23,025 nucleotides of DNA from Tubiluchus corallicola. Its lineage: Eukaryota > Animalia > Priapulida. How positions within the stretch are numbered: position 1 is the stretch's first letter; the number at the start of each line of letters is the position of its first letter. A model generated the notes under the pieces. It made no database searches. It was not told where the DNA came from and saw only the letters and a program-made list of their open reading frames with translations. Positions 10,856-22,800 of the stretch are shown piece by piece. Location of the stretch: positions 1 to 23,025 of the forward strand of contig JAQGDQ010001866.1 of assembly GCA_030141605.1 (NCBI GenBank), in the 5' to 3' direction. Made by a program: the position numbers and the translations under genes.

Positions 10856-10858
<3 letters not shown>
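10553..10858 (+). repeat. 306-bp direct repeat, copy 1
   Basis: Near-identical to 11557-11862 (GATGACCGTT...AAGTAATATAGAT). Confidence 0.93.
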
Positions 10859-10906
<48 letters not shown>

Positions 10907-11197
10907 AATGATGCTGATGATCTGGCATAGGAAAGTGAACAGAAACATGTCCCTCAACGTATAATTCATTGGATGATGATGATGATGATGATGATGATCT
11001 GGCATAGGGAGGTGAGCAGAATCATGTCCCTGGACGCATGATTCATTGGATGACGATGATGATGATGATGGTGATGATGATCTGGCATAGGGAGGTGAAC
11101 AGAATCATGTGCCTGGACGTATGATTCATTGTATGACGATGATGATGATCTGGCATAGAGAGGTGAACAGAATCATGCCCCTGGACGTATGATTCAT

Positions 11198-11265
<68 letters not shown>

Positions 11266-11321
11266 CTGGCATGGGGAGGTAAACAGAATCATGTCCCTGG
11301 ACGCATGATTCATTGGATGAA

Positions 11322-11371
<50 letters not shown>

Positions 11372-11411
11372 CGATGATGAAGATGATGATGATGATGATG
11401 AAGAAGAAGAA

Positions 11412-11443
<32 letters not shown>

Positions 11444-11527
11444 CGATGATGATGATGATCTGGCATAGAGAGGTGAACAGAATCATGTCCTTGGACGTAT
11501 GATTCATTGGATGCGGATGACGATGAT
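10856..11527. repeat. Composite minisatellite: six ~50-bp units (CTGGCATAGGGAGGTGAACAGAATCATGTCCCTGGACGTATGATTCATTG) separated by variable (GAT)n tracts
   Basis: Units start at about 10922, 10999, 11082, 11150, 11266 and 11460. Confidence 0.93.
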
Positions 11528-11556
11528 ACCACACACTGATATGTGTTAAACGTTGT

Positions 11557-11862
11557 GATGACCGTTGGACGCAGCCATTTTCACGACAGGTCATTTGAAA
11601 CAAGTTTAGATAACATTTTGTAAAGTCTGAAAAAATAATCAGAGCATTGGTAGCGCTCAAGTCATTAACTAAATAAAATTTGAAATTACTGTATCTCGTC
11701 AATAAGATTAAAAATACATTTTTGGTTAGTGAGTGGTGCACCCTGGAGGGTGAGTCAGCGACATTTTACCAATTGGTGAAAACATTTTAAATAATTAATA
11801 ATTTTCTTTTCTAGTTACATAATACTTTCTAGCAGGTAAGTGAAAATCTAAGTAATATAGAT
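11557..11862 (+). repeat. 306-bp direct repeat, copy 2
   Basis: Near-identical to 10553-10858. Confidence 0.93.
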
Positions 11863-12374
11863 TTGCACGGAAAGTCTTTTGAGACATAATTTAACATTGC
11901 CTTTTCTTCCCTTGATTTACGTTTGGTGCATGACGTCATGTAATGGCGACTTCGGAACAGTATTGCGGGAGATTTAAAATGAAAACAAACTAAAATTCCT
12001 TTCAGTGTGAGTAAGATATACGCATAAAATTGCTGTAAAGTAATATAATTTTTTAAGGCGATTTTTCTGAAACCTACTTCAGGTGCCCCTTTTCTTGTCC
12101 TATAACACATAGCTGCATAGCATCTGTATTTTTGGCGGGAGATGATAGTGATTACGTTAAACCTTTATTGAACTAAATCATGATAGAAAAATATACAGAG
12201 ACTGCTTCCATTTGCAGGCAAATGTCTAAAAAAGTTAAACAAATTCACTGGAAATATAATACAGCGTAGTTTTATTTCTAGTAAAATAAAAAAAACGTTT
12301 GCTTGCATAGAAGAATTGTCCAAAAGCTGGCAATTAAGCTTTTCTAGTTATTCACATTTCCTGAATTTCCATTT

Positions 12375-13098
12375 CATGAGGATCATTTTGATACCAAGTT
12401 CATCTCTCTATGTTATTTCCAAGCTGAGATAATCCAAGTTGAAGTTGAGATACAGGCTGCACACTAAAAAATATAACTTTGAGAAAATCACTGCTAAAGT
12501 TAGCCATTGTTCGTTATTGCATTTCTAAAAAAACACTTAGCAACTGCACAAATATTGGTTGCAATGGACTCTGCAAGAACACATTGTGTTACGTTGAAAC
12601 CCAGTAGATGGCTCTTCCTGACAAAGTTCTGGGCTTGGCAACAGAAAAAACCCGAAGCAAAATTATTGCTTTCAATGGTCTATGTAATTTCTGAGCTGAG
12701 ATAATCCACGTTGAAGTTGAGGCGCAGGCTGCACACTGAAAAACATAACCTTGAGAAAATCGCTGCTAAAGACAGCTTCCACGACCTCCTGTGAGCTACT
12801 CAGATTTTTTCAAACTACCATCGGAGTTTCAAAAAAACTAGTTTTTTACAATTGCAGTACTAGTTTCTAGCCAGAAAAGTGGGTACCGGGTTAGAAAATT
12901 AAATTTTTAATATTTCTTGAACATTTTCTTGATAATTTGATGCTAGAATATAAAAGTCCAATATATTTAGCATTTGTTTTTATAAAAAAGAAAATTGTTA
13001 TATTCGATCAAAAATTTTGAAGCATCTCCTTTGAAGCATCATAACGTAATTTTAGCTATGCCGACTTGTGAACGGTTCTGGTTTGCAGGCACACAAAT
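12375..13098. mobile_element. Partial copy of the TIR element at 16863-17522, with an internal partial duplication (~12690-12775)
   Basis: Colinear similarity from AGGATCATTTTGATAC to ...TATGCCGACTT...GCACACA. The left TIR was not found. Confidence 0.75.
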
Positions 13099-13243
13099 AA
13101 TAAACTTCTCTTAAAACTTCTCTTACAGATCTAAATGCACGTTATTTTATGTCACTTCCCCGTAAAGACTTCATTTCACACTTGAAAACAAGGCGTTCCT
13201 TTACCTTTCAATATGGCAAATCTTCATTTTACGATAACACAAT

Positions 13244-13770
13244 TTAAAGGACGACAGGATGATTTTTCATGTATTACCCGTTTTCAAAGTAAAAAGTATG
13301 CGTTTTAACACCAATAGTACTGCAAAAGCGTGTCTGATAATTAAATAACAGATGAAAGTCTTAATTAACGGTGGGCGAGTCCAACTGTTGGTGACATCAC
13401 AAACTAACATGATTTTCAACAGCAAAAATATTTCACGAGTGCGCTGCACGTTTTTGCGAAAGCAAAATTGAAGTATAGCATCACTGTAAGATGTTCAGTG
13501 TGCTGTACTAAAACTAGGTAAGTTTTAGCATAAAAATTCAAATTTCAAATCTAGCCACTGTACCCACGCATGAGCTGTCGAACGTGTGTATTTCGTCACG
13601 AACTAACACATATGAACTGAGAGGTACAGCACCTGTTTTTGTGCAGTGAGTTTCCGAAATGTAGGTGCTAGTGATTGTCTAACCAGCGAATCGTGGCAAA
13701 AATTCTTTCAAGCAAGTCATTTTGAAAAAAGTAGTATGTTTCCTTTCAATATTTTAAGGAGTGGATTGCT
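13244..13770 (+). mobile_element. Dispersed repeat (probable non-autonomous DNA transposon, TTAA-AGG end), left arm of an inverted pair
   Basis: Reverse-complement similarity to ~14660-15205 along its length, e.g. GTGACATCACAAACTAACAT vs ATGTTAGTTTGTGATGTCA and GTACTAAAACTAGG vs CCTAGTTTTAGTAC. Confidence 0.75.
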
Positions 13771-13930
13771 TAACAAAGGGTTCAGTTTTGCTTTAACAGT
13801 TTGACAATTTTGTTATTAATTTTGAACAAATTTTGAACAATACGAATGATGATGAGGTGAGAATGATGTTGCACTTCATATTTGTTCTTAATACAGTTGA
13901 TTTTTTTCATCGAGGTCCTCATACTTGCAG

Positions 13931-14082
13931 GGTACAAAGAAAGGAGGAATTGTGGTATGGGCTGGATACCAGACTATAGACCCAAGTGAACGTCACAGTG
14001 ACGTCATTGTACCTATCATGGATGGGCCAGTAAGGAAAGAAGTTGATGTGCGTCCGGCTGCCGTAAATTCAGGACTGAATAC
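13931..14082 (+). CDS. SORD: SORD-like exon 6 in window: GTKKGGIVVWAGYQTIDPSERHSDVIVPIMDGPVRKEVDVRPAAVNSGLN(T)
   Basis: Acceptor acttgcAG (13929-13930), donor AC|GTATGT (14083). TKKGG...G and KEVDVR match SORD TRSGG...G and REVDIK. Confidence 0.9.
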
Positions 14083-14333
14083 GTATGTCACATTAATGTC
14101 ATTTTTTTAGTCATTTATTTCACCTTACACATTTACAATGGTTACATATACAATATCTAGTGAAAGGGCCTACAATGAACATAATACAAATAAGAAATAC
14201 TGCACAGGAAAAGCCTCAAACACTGTTCACTTATACACGAAGGTAAATGTGTTGCGGGCAATCAAAAAGCAGGGCTTGTTAGATTGTCCCACACAGTGAT
14301 AGAAGAAAAATAATGGAATCTATTACTATTATA

Positions 14334-14615
14334 CAGTGGAGGCTCGTCTATAGGTAGTGCAGCACCCCCCGTCTTCACTCATTATTATCGATAATATTCA
14401 ATATAATAATCTTTTTTCTTTAGTTCTTTTTTTATACTTGTGCGGAACCGGAGCAGGTGAGGGAAGTACAATTTGCTTCACAGCCCAAGCAGCGTGGTGT
14501 TTGGCTGCTGTGCGCATGCGGCCATGCGCAGATGCCTGAGATAAGACGCTGTACTTTGCGGAGAAAGAGTACTGTCGTTCAGTGCAGTATGTGTTATCAG
14601 TTGTCACGTGCTTAA
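14334..14615 (-). mobile_element. Truncated inverted copy of the right end of the hAT element at 713-1766
   Basis: Starts with CAGTGGAGGCTCGT and shows reverse-complement similarity to ~1475-1766 (CATGGCCGCATGCGCAC, ATATTATCGATAATAATGAGTGA). Confidence 0.8.
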
Positions 14616-14659
14616 AAGCCGTGCATCCGATTGGACCCAATCTTAAACTGTAGGTCAAA

Positions 14660-15205
14660 ACAATCTGCTCTTTAAAATATTGAAAGTAAACATACAGTTT
14701 TTTCAAAAATGACTTACGCGAAAGAATTATTACCACGCAAACACAATTTCAAGTTTGCGCCACTAGTTCTTTGCTTCTACAAGCATTTTGCTATTCACTA
14801 GCACCTGCATTTTGGAAACGCATTGCACAAAAAACCAGGTGCTGTACCTGTCAGTTCAGGTGTGTCAGTTTGTAACGAACTTACACACGTTCCACAGCTC
14901 ATGTTGAATTTTTATCTTAAAACTCGCCTAGTTTTAGTACAACACACTGAATATTTTACAGTAGCACTGTACTTCAATTTTCGCTTTCGCAAACACATGC
15001 AGCACGCTCATGGAATGTTTTTGCTCTGAAATTTATGTTAGTTTGTGATGTCATCAACAGTTGGCTCACCCGCCATTAATGAAGTTTGTAATCTATTATG
15101 TAATTATCAGAAACGCTTTTGCAGTATTAACTGCGTTAAGATGTATACTTTTGCTCGGATTTGAAAATGGGGTAATATATGAAAAATCATCCTCTCTTCC
15201 TTTAA
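14660..15205 (-). mobile_element. Dispersed repeat, right arm of the inverted pair with 13244-13770
   Basis: Ends in GAAAAATCATCCTCTCTTCCTTTAAA, an imperfect inverse of TTTAAAGGACGACAGGATGATTTTTC. Confidence 0.75.
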
Positions 15206-15497
15206 AAACGTGTGAATTCATCTAAAATTGCGAGAAGCAATTCAGAGGGATGGAAGGTAAAAATAGTTGGAAACTCTAAAAGACGTTTGCAACACGTTTG
15301 CCTGAGAAACCTGTACAAAGACGTGTAAAACCGTGTTAAAATATGTGTAAAATGATTGAATCTGTGTGAATGCGTCTGACATAGTGCTGAGCTGTGCGAA
15401 AACGTATTGTGCAGTTTGAAAACCGAATTATTTTTAAATCTAAGTTATTGCTAGGAACAATATAAACTAGTACCATATCGAATATTTTTTATTGCAG

Positions 15498-15651
15498 CTA
15501 CGACGAGGCGATGGCGTTACTTACGAAGGGACAAATAGACGTTGCTTCATTGGTTGGACAAAGGTTATCTTTAGAAATGGCCTTAGCTCACAACGGACGG
15601 TCGTTTTTGTACACATTAATTGATTTTCACACATATCCTAGGCCAAATTAA
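15498..15651 (+). CDS. SORD: SORD-like terminal exon (absent from the ORF track): (T)YDEAMALLTKGQIDVASLVGQRLSLEMALAHNGRSFLYTLIDFHTYPRPN*
   Basis: Acceptor tttttattgcAG (15496-15497), phase 2, stop TAA at 15649-15651. Matches SORD [29 protein letters not shown] (recalled). Confidence 0.85.
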
Positions 15652-15659
15652 CTAGGTAC

Positions 15660-16332
15660 TTTAAATCCTAACAAGCGTATCTTGGCGTATCAGAAGAACG
15701 CAGACAGATGATGTGACATATAGTGGCGCCCTCTCGCTAATGATTTGAGTCATCAACTCTCGATGTTTCGTTAACTCACTGAATGATGCCTCTTTATTTA
15801 TCTTAGCTATCCAAGTTGTTTCAGGTTTGCCAGGTGGTTTTTTCCAAGGTTTTATGGCTTCCTTTAAGGCGATTTTTACTGGTGCTTCATTTGGTAATAT
15901 TAGAAGATGTCCTAGCCATCTTAATCTGTGGATATGGACTTTTGAACGCCAAGAAATTAATTTCGTTCTGGTGTATGAATCCTGATTTTTGATGTATGGC
16001 CATCTTATCTTTAAAACTTTCCTAAGAAGACTTCTATGAAATGTGTCAATCTGCTTTTCATGAGTAATCGTTAAACCCCAAGTTTCGCTGTTGTACATAA
16101 ATATGCTGGTAACGTAAGCATTAAATAATCAAAGTGTTAGGTTAAGATTTAGTTAGTTAGATTTCTTGTTAGTTAATGCATTCTTATGCTGAAGAAAAGC
16201 ATGCATTGCTTTTTGCTTTCTGCTTTTAATATCATCTTCGGTGTTTAGAAAAGTGCGAATGTACTTGCACTTTTTCCAATACTGATTACCATTTCTTGCA
16301 ATAATATATTCTTCTGTTTTTGACTGGTTCAT
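15660..16332 (-). mobile_element. 5'-truncated, decayed non-LTR retrotransposon (RTE-group-like) ORF2 C-terminal fragment
   Basis: Translation includes KTEEY...WKKCKY...DIKSRK...IFMYNSETW...IDTFHRSLLRKVLKIRWP...RLRWLGHL...GKPETTW, typical of the RT C-terminus and downstream region. In-frame stops occur near 16130-16160. Confidence 0.85.
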
Positions 16333-16862
16333 TCCTACTACCTAGTCATTAAAATGGTGAACGTTTTATCAAGTGAGCGTGACCTCTCTGCAAGTAAAAG
16401 CAAATGGGTATGACGGTTCAGTTAATTTAGTTTAAACATGATTTATTATAGGATTATATCAGATTGCAAAAGTTGTATATCATTTGAACCCTGGATGAAT
16501 AATACATGGAGTGCCGAATTGCTTGTCAAAGCTAGGGTTGGTGCATCAGAAGTATTTGGAAATCCCCTGAATGCTTGAAAAGTAGATTACTGCATAGAAA
16601 AGAGACTTTGTAAATGTGGTAAAGATATTGAAACTGCAGAGCACGTAATATTAAGTTGAGAATTTTACTCACGAGAAGCAAAATTCTTTGGCAAGGAGTA
16701 ATTGATGAAGCATGTTTGAGATGGCTGTTATTTGGAGAGGGAAAAATCATACAGTCTGCCTACTGAAGGACATAATGGTTCAAAGAATATGCCACTGTGA
16801 CTGTTTAACTTTAAGGTTGAAAACGTAAAGAGCAATATATCTTTAGCTCTGCGTAACGGTGA

Positions 16863-17522
16863 TATGTGTGCTTGTATATCAAATTCGTCCATAAGTCGTC
16901 ATTTAAGTTTTTCTGGCAAATCTCCATTTTTTCAGGATCATTTTGATACAAAGTTCATCGCTCTATGTTATTTCTAAGCTGAGATAATCCACGTTGAAGT
17001 TGAGATGCAGGCTGCGCACTGAAAAACATAACCTTGAGAAAATCACTGTTAAAGTCAGCCATTGTTCTTTGTTGCGTTTCTAAAACAAACACTTAGCAAC
17101 TGTACAAATGTTGGTTGCTACGGACTCTGCAAGAACACATTGTGTTACGTTGAAACCCAGTAGATGGCTCTTCCTGACAAAGCTCTGGGCTTGGCAACAG
17201 AAAAAAAAACCCGAAGCAAAATGATTGCTTCCATGAGCTACTACTGGAGTTTGAAAATACATGCCTTTCACAATAGTAGTACTAGTTTCACGCCAGAAAA
17301 CGAGTACAGGGTTATTAAATTAGTTTTTTACTATTTTTAAACATTTCTAACATTTTCTTGATAATTTGATGATAGGACATAAACGTCCAATAGATTTAGC
17401 ATTTGTTTTCATTAAAAAAATTGATATTTTACGAAATCTTTGGGTCATTCTACTTTGAAGCATAACAACGTAGTTTTAACTATGCCGACTTATGGCGGTT
17501 TTGGTTTACAAGCACACACATA
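16863..17522. mobile_element. Non-autonomous TIR element (~660 bp), superfamily unassigned
   Basis: Imperfect ~38-bp TIRs TGTGTGCTTGTATATCAAATTCGTCCATAAGTCGTCAT / ATGCCGACTTATGGCGGTTTTGGTTTACAAGCACACA. A second copy lies at ~12375-13098. Confidence 0.75.
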
Positions 17523-17851
17523 GCATTTATAAACCCGAATTTTGTTTTGCTGTGCTGTGCATTGGTGCAAGCATACTTATGCGCCTTAGCGTTTTCGAGT
17601 AAAAAATATCCTAGTAGTACACTATACGTTGTTACTCGGCCTGATGTAAGAGGGATTTAGTCACCCGGGGCGGAAGAATGTATGGATGGACCGTACTGTG
17701 GGCAAGGAAATAGCGGGGAGAGCTGTTCCCGAATTAAAGTTTTCCCACAATTATTTAGCCTGTTAGCTTTTACAATCAAAGAATCAAACAACACAATCAT
17801 TAACATTATAATAACTATACTAGCAGGTACAATCATAGAATCAAATAACAT

Positions 17852-18166
17852 AATTATTATCAATACTAAAATACCACTGCACTAAAACACAGCGGAACAA
17901 TTAGCCTGGCTAGCCCACAGGTCTAAATGTTCAAGGTAGACCTGTCTTACACAGCTTAAATACAGAAAACTAGAACACTATTAATGTAAATGGTCATTCA
18001 GAAGCAAATAACGTATTATTATCAATACTAAAATACTAAAACACAGCGAAACAATTAGCCTGGCTAACCTACAGGTCTAAATGTTCAAGGTAGACTTGTC
18101 TTACACAGCTTAAATACAGAAATCTAGAACACTATTAATGTAAAAGGTCATTCAGAAGCAAATAAG
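17852..18166. repeat. Two-copy tandem duplication, ~160 bp
   Basis: ATTATTATCAATACTAAAATAC...GGTCATTCAGAAGCAAATAA occurs twice. Confidence 0.9.
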
Positions 18167-18774
18167 TACAGTAAGATTAGAGGGAAATTTAAGCTATTTC
18201 AATGTTGTAACAAGCCTAAAAAAAGGAGGGAATGAGAAGAAAAATTATGAAAGAGAGATGAGCAAGAAGACAGACAATTAAAATATTCTCAAGTCAATTT
18301 AATCAAACGCGAAGTAATTATGAGACGAACTTCGCGACACGTACAGCAGTTTGTAGTGTTGAACGCGTGGTAATGATGATGAAGAAAAGACAAGCTTTAG
18401 CACAATTCCAATCACCCACTTCTACTTTTTTATATTTTTTTACTAATCGCACACTGTAAAAAACCTGTCTGACCAGTTTACAAAATCTCCTGACCGCTCC
18501 CAACTTTTGCAGAGCAGTACAAGTATAGAGTTATATTGAACATCTAGTAAGACCCAAGGCCATTACTTTTTCTTTCTCTACACAAGCTTACACAAGTGGA
18601 GTTACCGAAAAAAAACTTTATCCTGCTATCCTTGCCTGCCTAAACAAACTACTAACTTTTGTTTATTGTATTCTTAATGCTTACAAATAAATAATCTACA
18701 CTCTGCCCAATATATGGCCTCCAATCAATTATAATGCTATTTTAATATGTAAATTAAACATACACTGTGGTCGT

Positions 18775-19014
18775 TTCTTCTCCTCTTTTCCTTCTTTCTC
18801 TCCCTAATCTTACTATTTTTCCATTCCATCGTGTTTACTAACCCTAACCATTCTTTCATTTACTCATCCTCCCTTCCCTTTCTTCTTCCTATCCCTAATC
18901 TTACTATTTTTCCATTCCATCATGTCTACTAATCCTAACCATTCTTTCATTAACTCATTCCCCCCTGCCTTCCTTCTTCCTCTCCCTAATCTTACTATTT
19001 TTTCCGTTCCATCG
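18775..19014. repeat. Pyrimidine-rich 91-bp tandem repeat, about 2.5 copies
   Basis: TCCCTAATCTTACTATTTTT at 18801, 18892 and 18983. Confidence 0.88.
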
Positions 19015-19560
19015 ATGGCGCCATTTTAAAGGTGCCTTGAAATATCCGCGTCCACTAGGGGCATAGCTTACTTTTGTCTCGTGTAACTTTTAGTTTACGC
19101 ACAGGTAGGCTGGGCACAGCACCTGGGTGGATCTTAATCGTGGATTAACTTTTGTCAAATGCAATATTTCTTCAATGGAAATTATGAATTAAATTACATA
19201 GTGTAGTCTGAAACGAATCAGCTAATAGATTGATCAAATGCTAAATCATCGTGTTTTGTGATACTAACAAAGTAATTGCTCAGCCTGCAACTAGATATGC
19301 CTGGGGTTTTCCCAGCAAACACCGTGGCCTATTGTGTATGGTAGCTTTAATAGAAATATACCTGGTATTTTTCCAGGAACCGAACACTCTCCAAATTGTG
19401 CACTGCGTAGCTTGAATAAAAACTTGCCAACAAGCAGAAACATCCAACGAGCTGTGCTAAATAACAGCTTTAATAATACCCGAACTCACCGTGTATGTAA
19501 TAATTCAGATGTATCTAATGATATAATAGACAGTTTACTTACACTGTCAATACTCGAAAC

Positions 19561-19695
19561 ATGGATCATAAGATTGGTATAAGCAATCCTACGTACAAGG
19601 ATGATGATGATGATGTATCAACAGAAAAGTTAGGTGACCCACCAAAGTATGAAGAAATCATACTCGACCCACCAGCGTATGAAGAAAACAGATCG
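19561..19695 (+). CDS. Probable first coding exon of a second gene: MDHKIGISNPTYKDDDDDVSTEKLGDPPKYEEIILDPPAYEENRS
   Basis: Strong start context AAAC-ATG-G, upstream in-frame TGA (19519), consensus donor G|GTAAGT at 19696, and NPxY plus two PPxY motifs. Confidence 0.6.
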
Positions 19696-19840
19696 GTAAG
19701 TGAAGAAAACATTGAATTTTATACGCTGTCTGTTGTGTTGTTGTTGTTTATATAATTACAGTGTAAAACGTGTTACGAAAATTATTATGTAGATCATTTG
19801 AATCACTTGGCTCTGCCCCACTTAGAATTGAAACAGGGCG

Positions 19841-22800
19841 TTATGAAATTGTCCCATTTAATGAACGATTATGTTAGTTATGTAATTCTGATGCTATCCA
19901 GGATGAGATGCATCTGTTTTTACATTGAAATTATGAAAGTGTCCCATTTGATGAACGATTATGTCAGTTATGTATTTTTGATGCTATCCAGGATAAGATG
20001 CATCTGTTGTTACATTGAAATTATGAAAGTGTCCCATTTAATGAACGATTATGTCAGTTATGTAATTCTGATGCTATCCAGGATGAGATGCATCTGTTGT
20101 TACATTGAAATTATGAAATTGTCCCATTTAATGAACGATTATGTTAGTTATGTAATTCTGATGCTATCCAGGATGAGATGCATCTGTTTTTACATTGAAA
20201 TTATGAAAGTGTCCCATTTGATGAACGATTATGTCAGTTATGTATTTTTGATGCTATCCAGGATAAGATGCATCTGTTGTTACATTGAAATTATGAAAGT
20301 GTCCCATTTAATGAACGATTATGTCAGTTATGTAATTCTGATGCTATCCAGGATGAGATGCATCTGTTTTTACATTGAAATTATGAAAGTGTCCCATTTA
20401 ATGAACGATTATGTCAGTTATGTAATTCTGATGCTATCCAGGATGAGATGCATCTGTTGTTACATTGAAATTATGAAAGTGTCCCATTTAATGAACGATT
20501 ATGTCAGTTATGTAATTCTGATGCTATCCAGGATGAGATGCATCTGTTGTTACATTGAAATTATGAAAGTGTCCCATTTAATGAACGATTATGTCAGTTA
20601 TGTAATTCTGATGCTATCCAGGATGAGATGCATCTGTTGTTACATTGAAATTATGAAAGTGTCCCATTTAATGAACGATTATGTCAGTTATGTAATTCTG
20701 ATGCTATCCAGGATGAGATGCATCTGTTTTTACATTGAAATTATGAAAGTGTCCCATTTAATGAACGATTATGTTAGTTATGTAATTCTGATGCTTCAAG
20801 GATGAGATGCATCTGTTTTTACATTGAAATTATGAAAGTGTCCCATTTAATGAACGATTATGTTAGTTATGTAATTCTGATGCTATCCAGGATGAGATGC
20901 ATCTGTTCTTACATTGAAATTATGAAATTGTCCCGTTTAATGAACGATTATGTCAGTTATGTAATTCTGATGCTGAGATGCATCTGTTTTTACATTGAAA
21001 TTATGAGTGTCCCATTTAATGAACGATTATGTCAGTTATGTAATTCTGATGCTATCCAGGATGAGATGCATCTGTTTTTACATTGAAACTATGAAAGTGT
21101 CCCATTTAATGAACGATTATGTCAGTTATGTAATTCTGATGCTGAGATGCATCTGTTTTTACATTGAAATTATGAAAGGGTCCCATTTGATGAACGATTA
21201 TGTCAGTTATGTAATTCTGATGCTATCCAGGATGAGATGCATCTGTTTTTACATTGAAATTATGTAAGTGTCCCATTTAATGAACGATTATGTCAGTTAT
21301 GTAATTCTGGTGCTATCCAGGATGAGATGCATCTGTTTTTACCTTGAAATTATGAAAGTGTCCCGTTTAATGAACGATTATGTCAGTTATGTAATTCTGA
21401 TGCTATCCAGGATGAGATGCATCTGTTGTTACATTGAAATTATGAAATTGTCCCATTTAATGAACGATTATGTCAGTTATGTAATTCTGATGCTATCCAG
21501 GATGAGATGCATCTGTTGTTACATTGAAATTATGAAAGTGCTCCATTTAATGAACGATTACGTCAGTTATGTAATTCTGATGCTATCCTGGGTGAGATGC
21601 ATCTGTTTTTACATTGAAATTATGAAAGTGCTCCGTTTAATGAACGATTATGTCTGTTATGTAATTCTGATGCTATCCAGGATGAGATGCATCTGTTGTT
21701 ACATTGAAATTATGTATGTGTCCCATTTAATGAACGATTATGTCAGTTATGTAATTCTGATGCTATCCAGGATGAGATGCATCTGTTTTTACATTGAAAT
21801 TATGAAAGTGTCCCATTTAATGAACGATTATGTCAGTTATGTAATTCTGATGCTATCCAGGATGAGATGCATCTGTTGTCACATTGAAATTATGAGTGTC
21901 CCATTTAATGAACGATTATGTCAGTTATGTAATTCTGATGCTATCCAGGATGAAATGCATCTGTTGTTACATTGAAATTATGAAAGTGTCCCATTTAATG
22001 AACGATTATGTCAGTTATGTAATTCTGATGCTATCCAGGATGAGATACATCTGTTTTTACATTGAAATTATGAAAGTGTCCCATTTAATGAACGATTATG
22101 TCAGTTATGTAATTCTGATGCTATCCAGGATGAGATGCATCTGTTTTTACATTGAAATTATGAAAGTGTCCCATTTAATGAACGATTATGTCAGTTATGT
22201 AATTCTGATGCTTCAAGGATGAGATGCATCTGTTTTTACACTGAAATTATGAAAGTGTCCCATTTAATGAACGATTATGTGTGTTATGTAATTCTGATGC
22301 TATCCTGGGTGAGATGCATCTGTTTTTACATTGAAATTATGAAAGTGTCCCATTTAATGAACGATTATGTCAGTTATGTAATTCTGATGCTATCCAGGAT
22401 GAGATGCATCTGTTTTTACATTGAAATTATGAAAGTGTCCCATTTAATGAACGATTATGTCAGTTATGTAATTCTGATGCTATCCAGGATGAGATGCATC
22501 TGTTTTTATATTGAAATTATGAAAGTGTCCCATTTAATGAACGATTATGTTAGTTATGTAATTCTGATGCTTCAAGGATGAGATGCATCTGTTTTTACAT
22601 TGAAATTATGAAAGTGTCCCATTTAATGAACGATTATGTTAGTTATGTAATTCTGATGCTATCCAGGATGAGATGCATCTGTTCTTACATTGAAATTATG
22701 AAATTGTCCCGTTTAATGAACGATTATGTCAGTTATGTAATTCTGATGCTGAGATGCATCTGTTTTTACATTGAAATTATGAGTGTCCCATTTAATGAAC

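Noticed and set aside
10856-11527. CRISPR-like repeat/spacer appearance
   Set aside because: The spacers are (GAT)n microsatellites, there are no cas genes, and the context is a spliceosomal intron.
10553-11862. LTR retrotransposon or TRIM
   Set aside because: The direct repeats lack TG..CA ends, and no PBS, PPT or TSD was recognised.
12507-12704. Short ORF with a counterpart at 17080-17271
   Set aside because: Both lie in copies of the same non-coding TIR element, on opposite strands.
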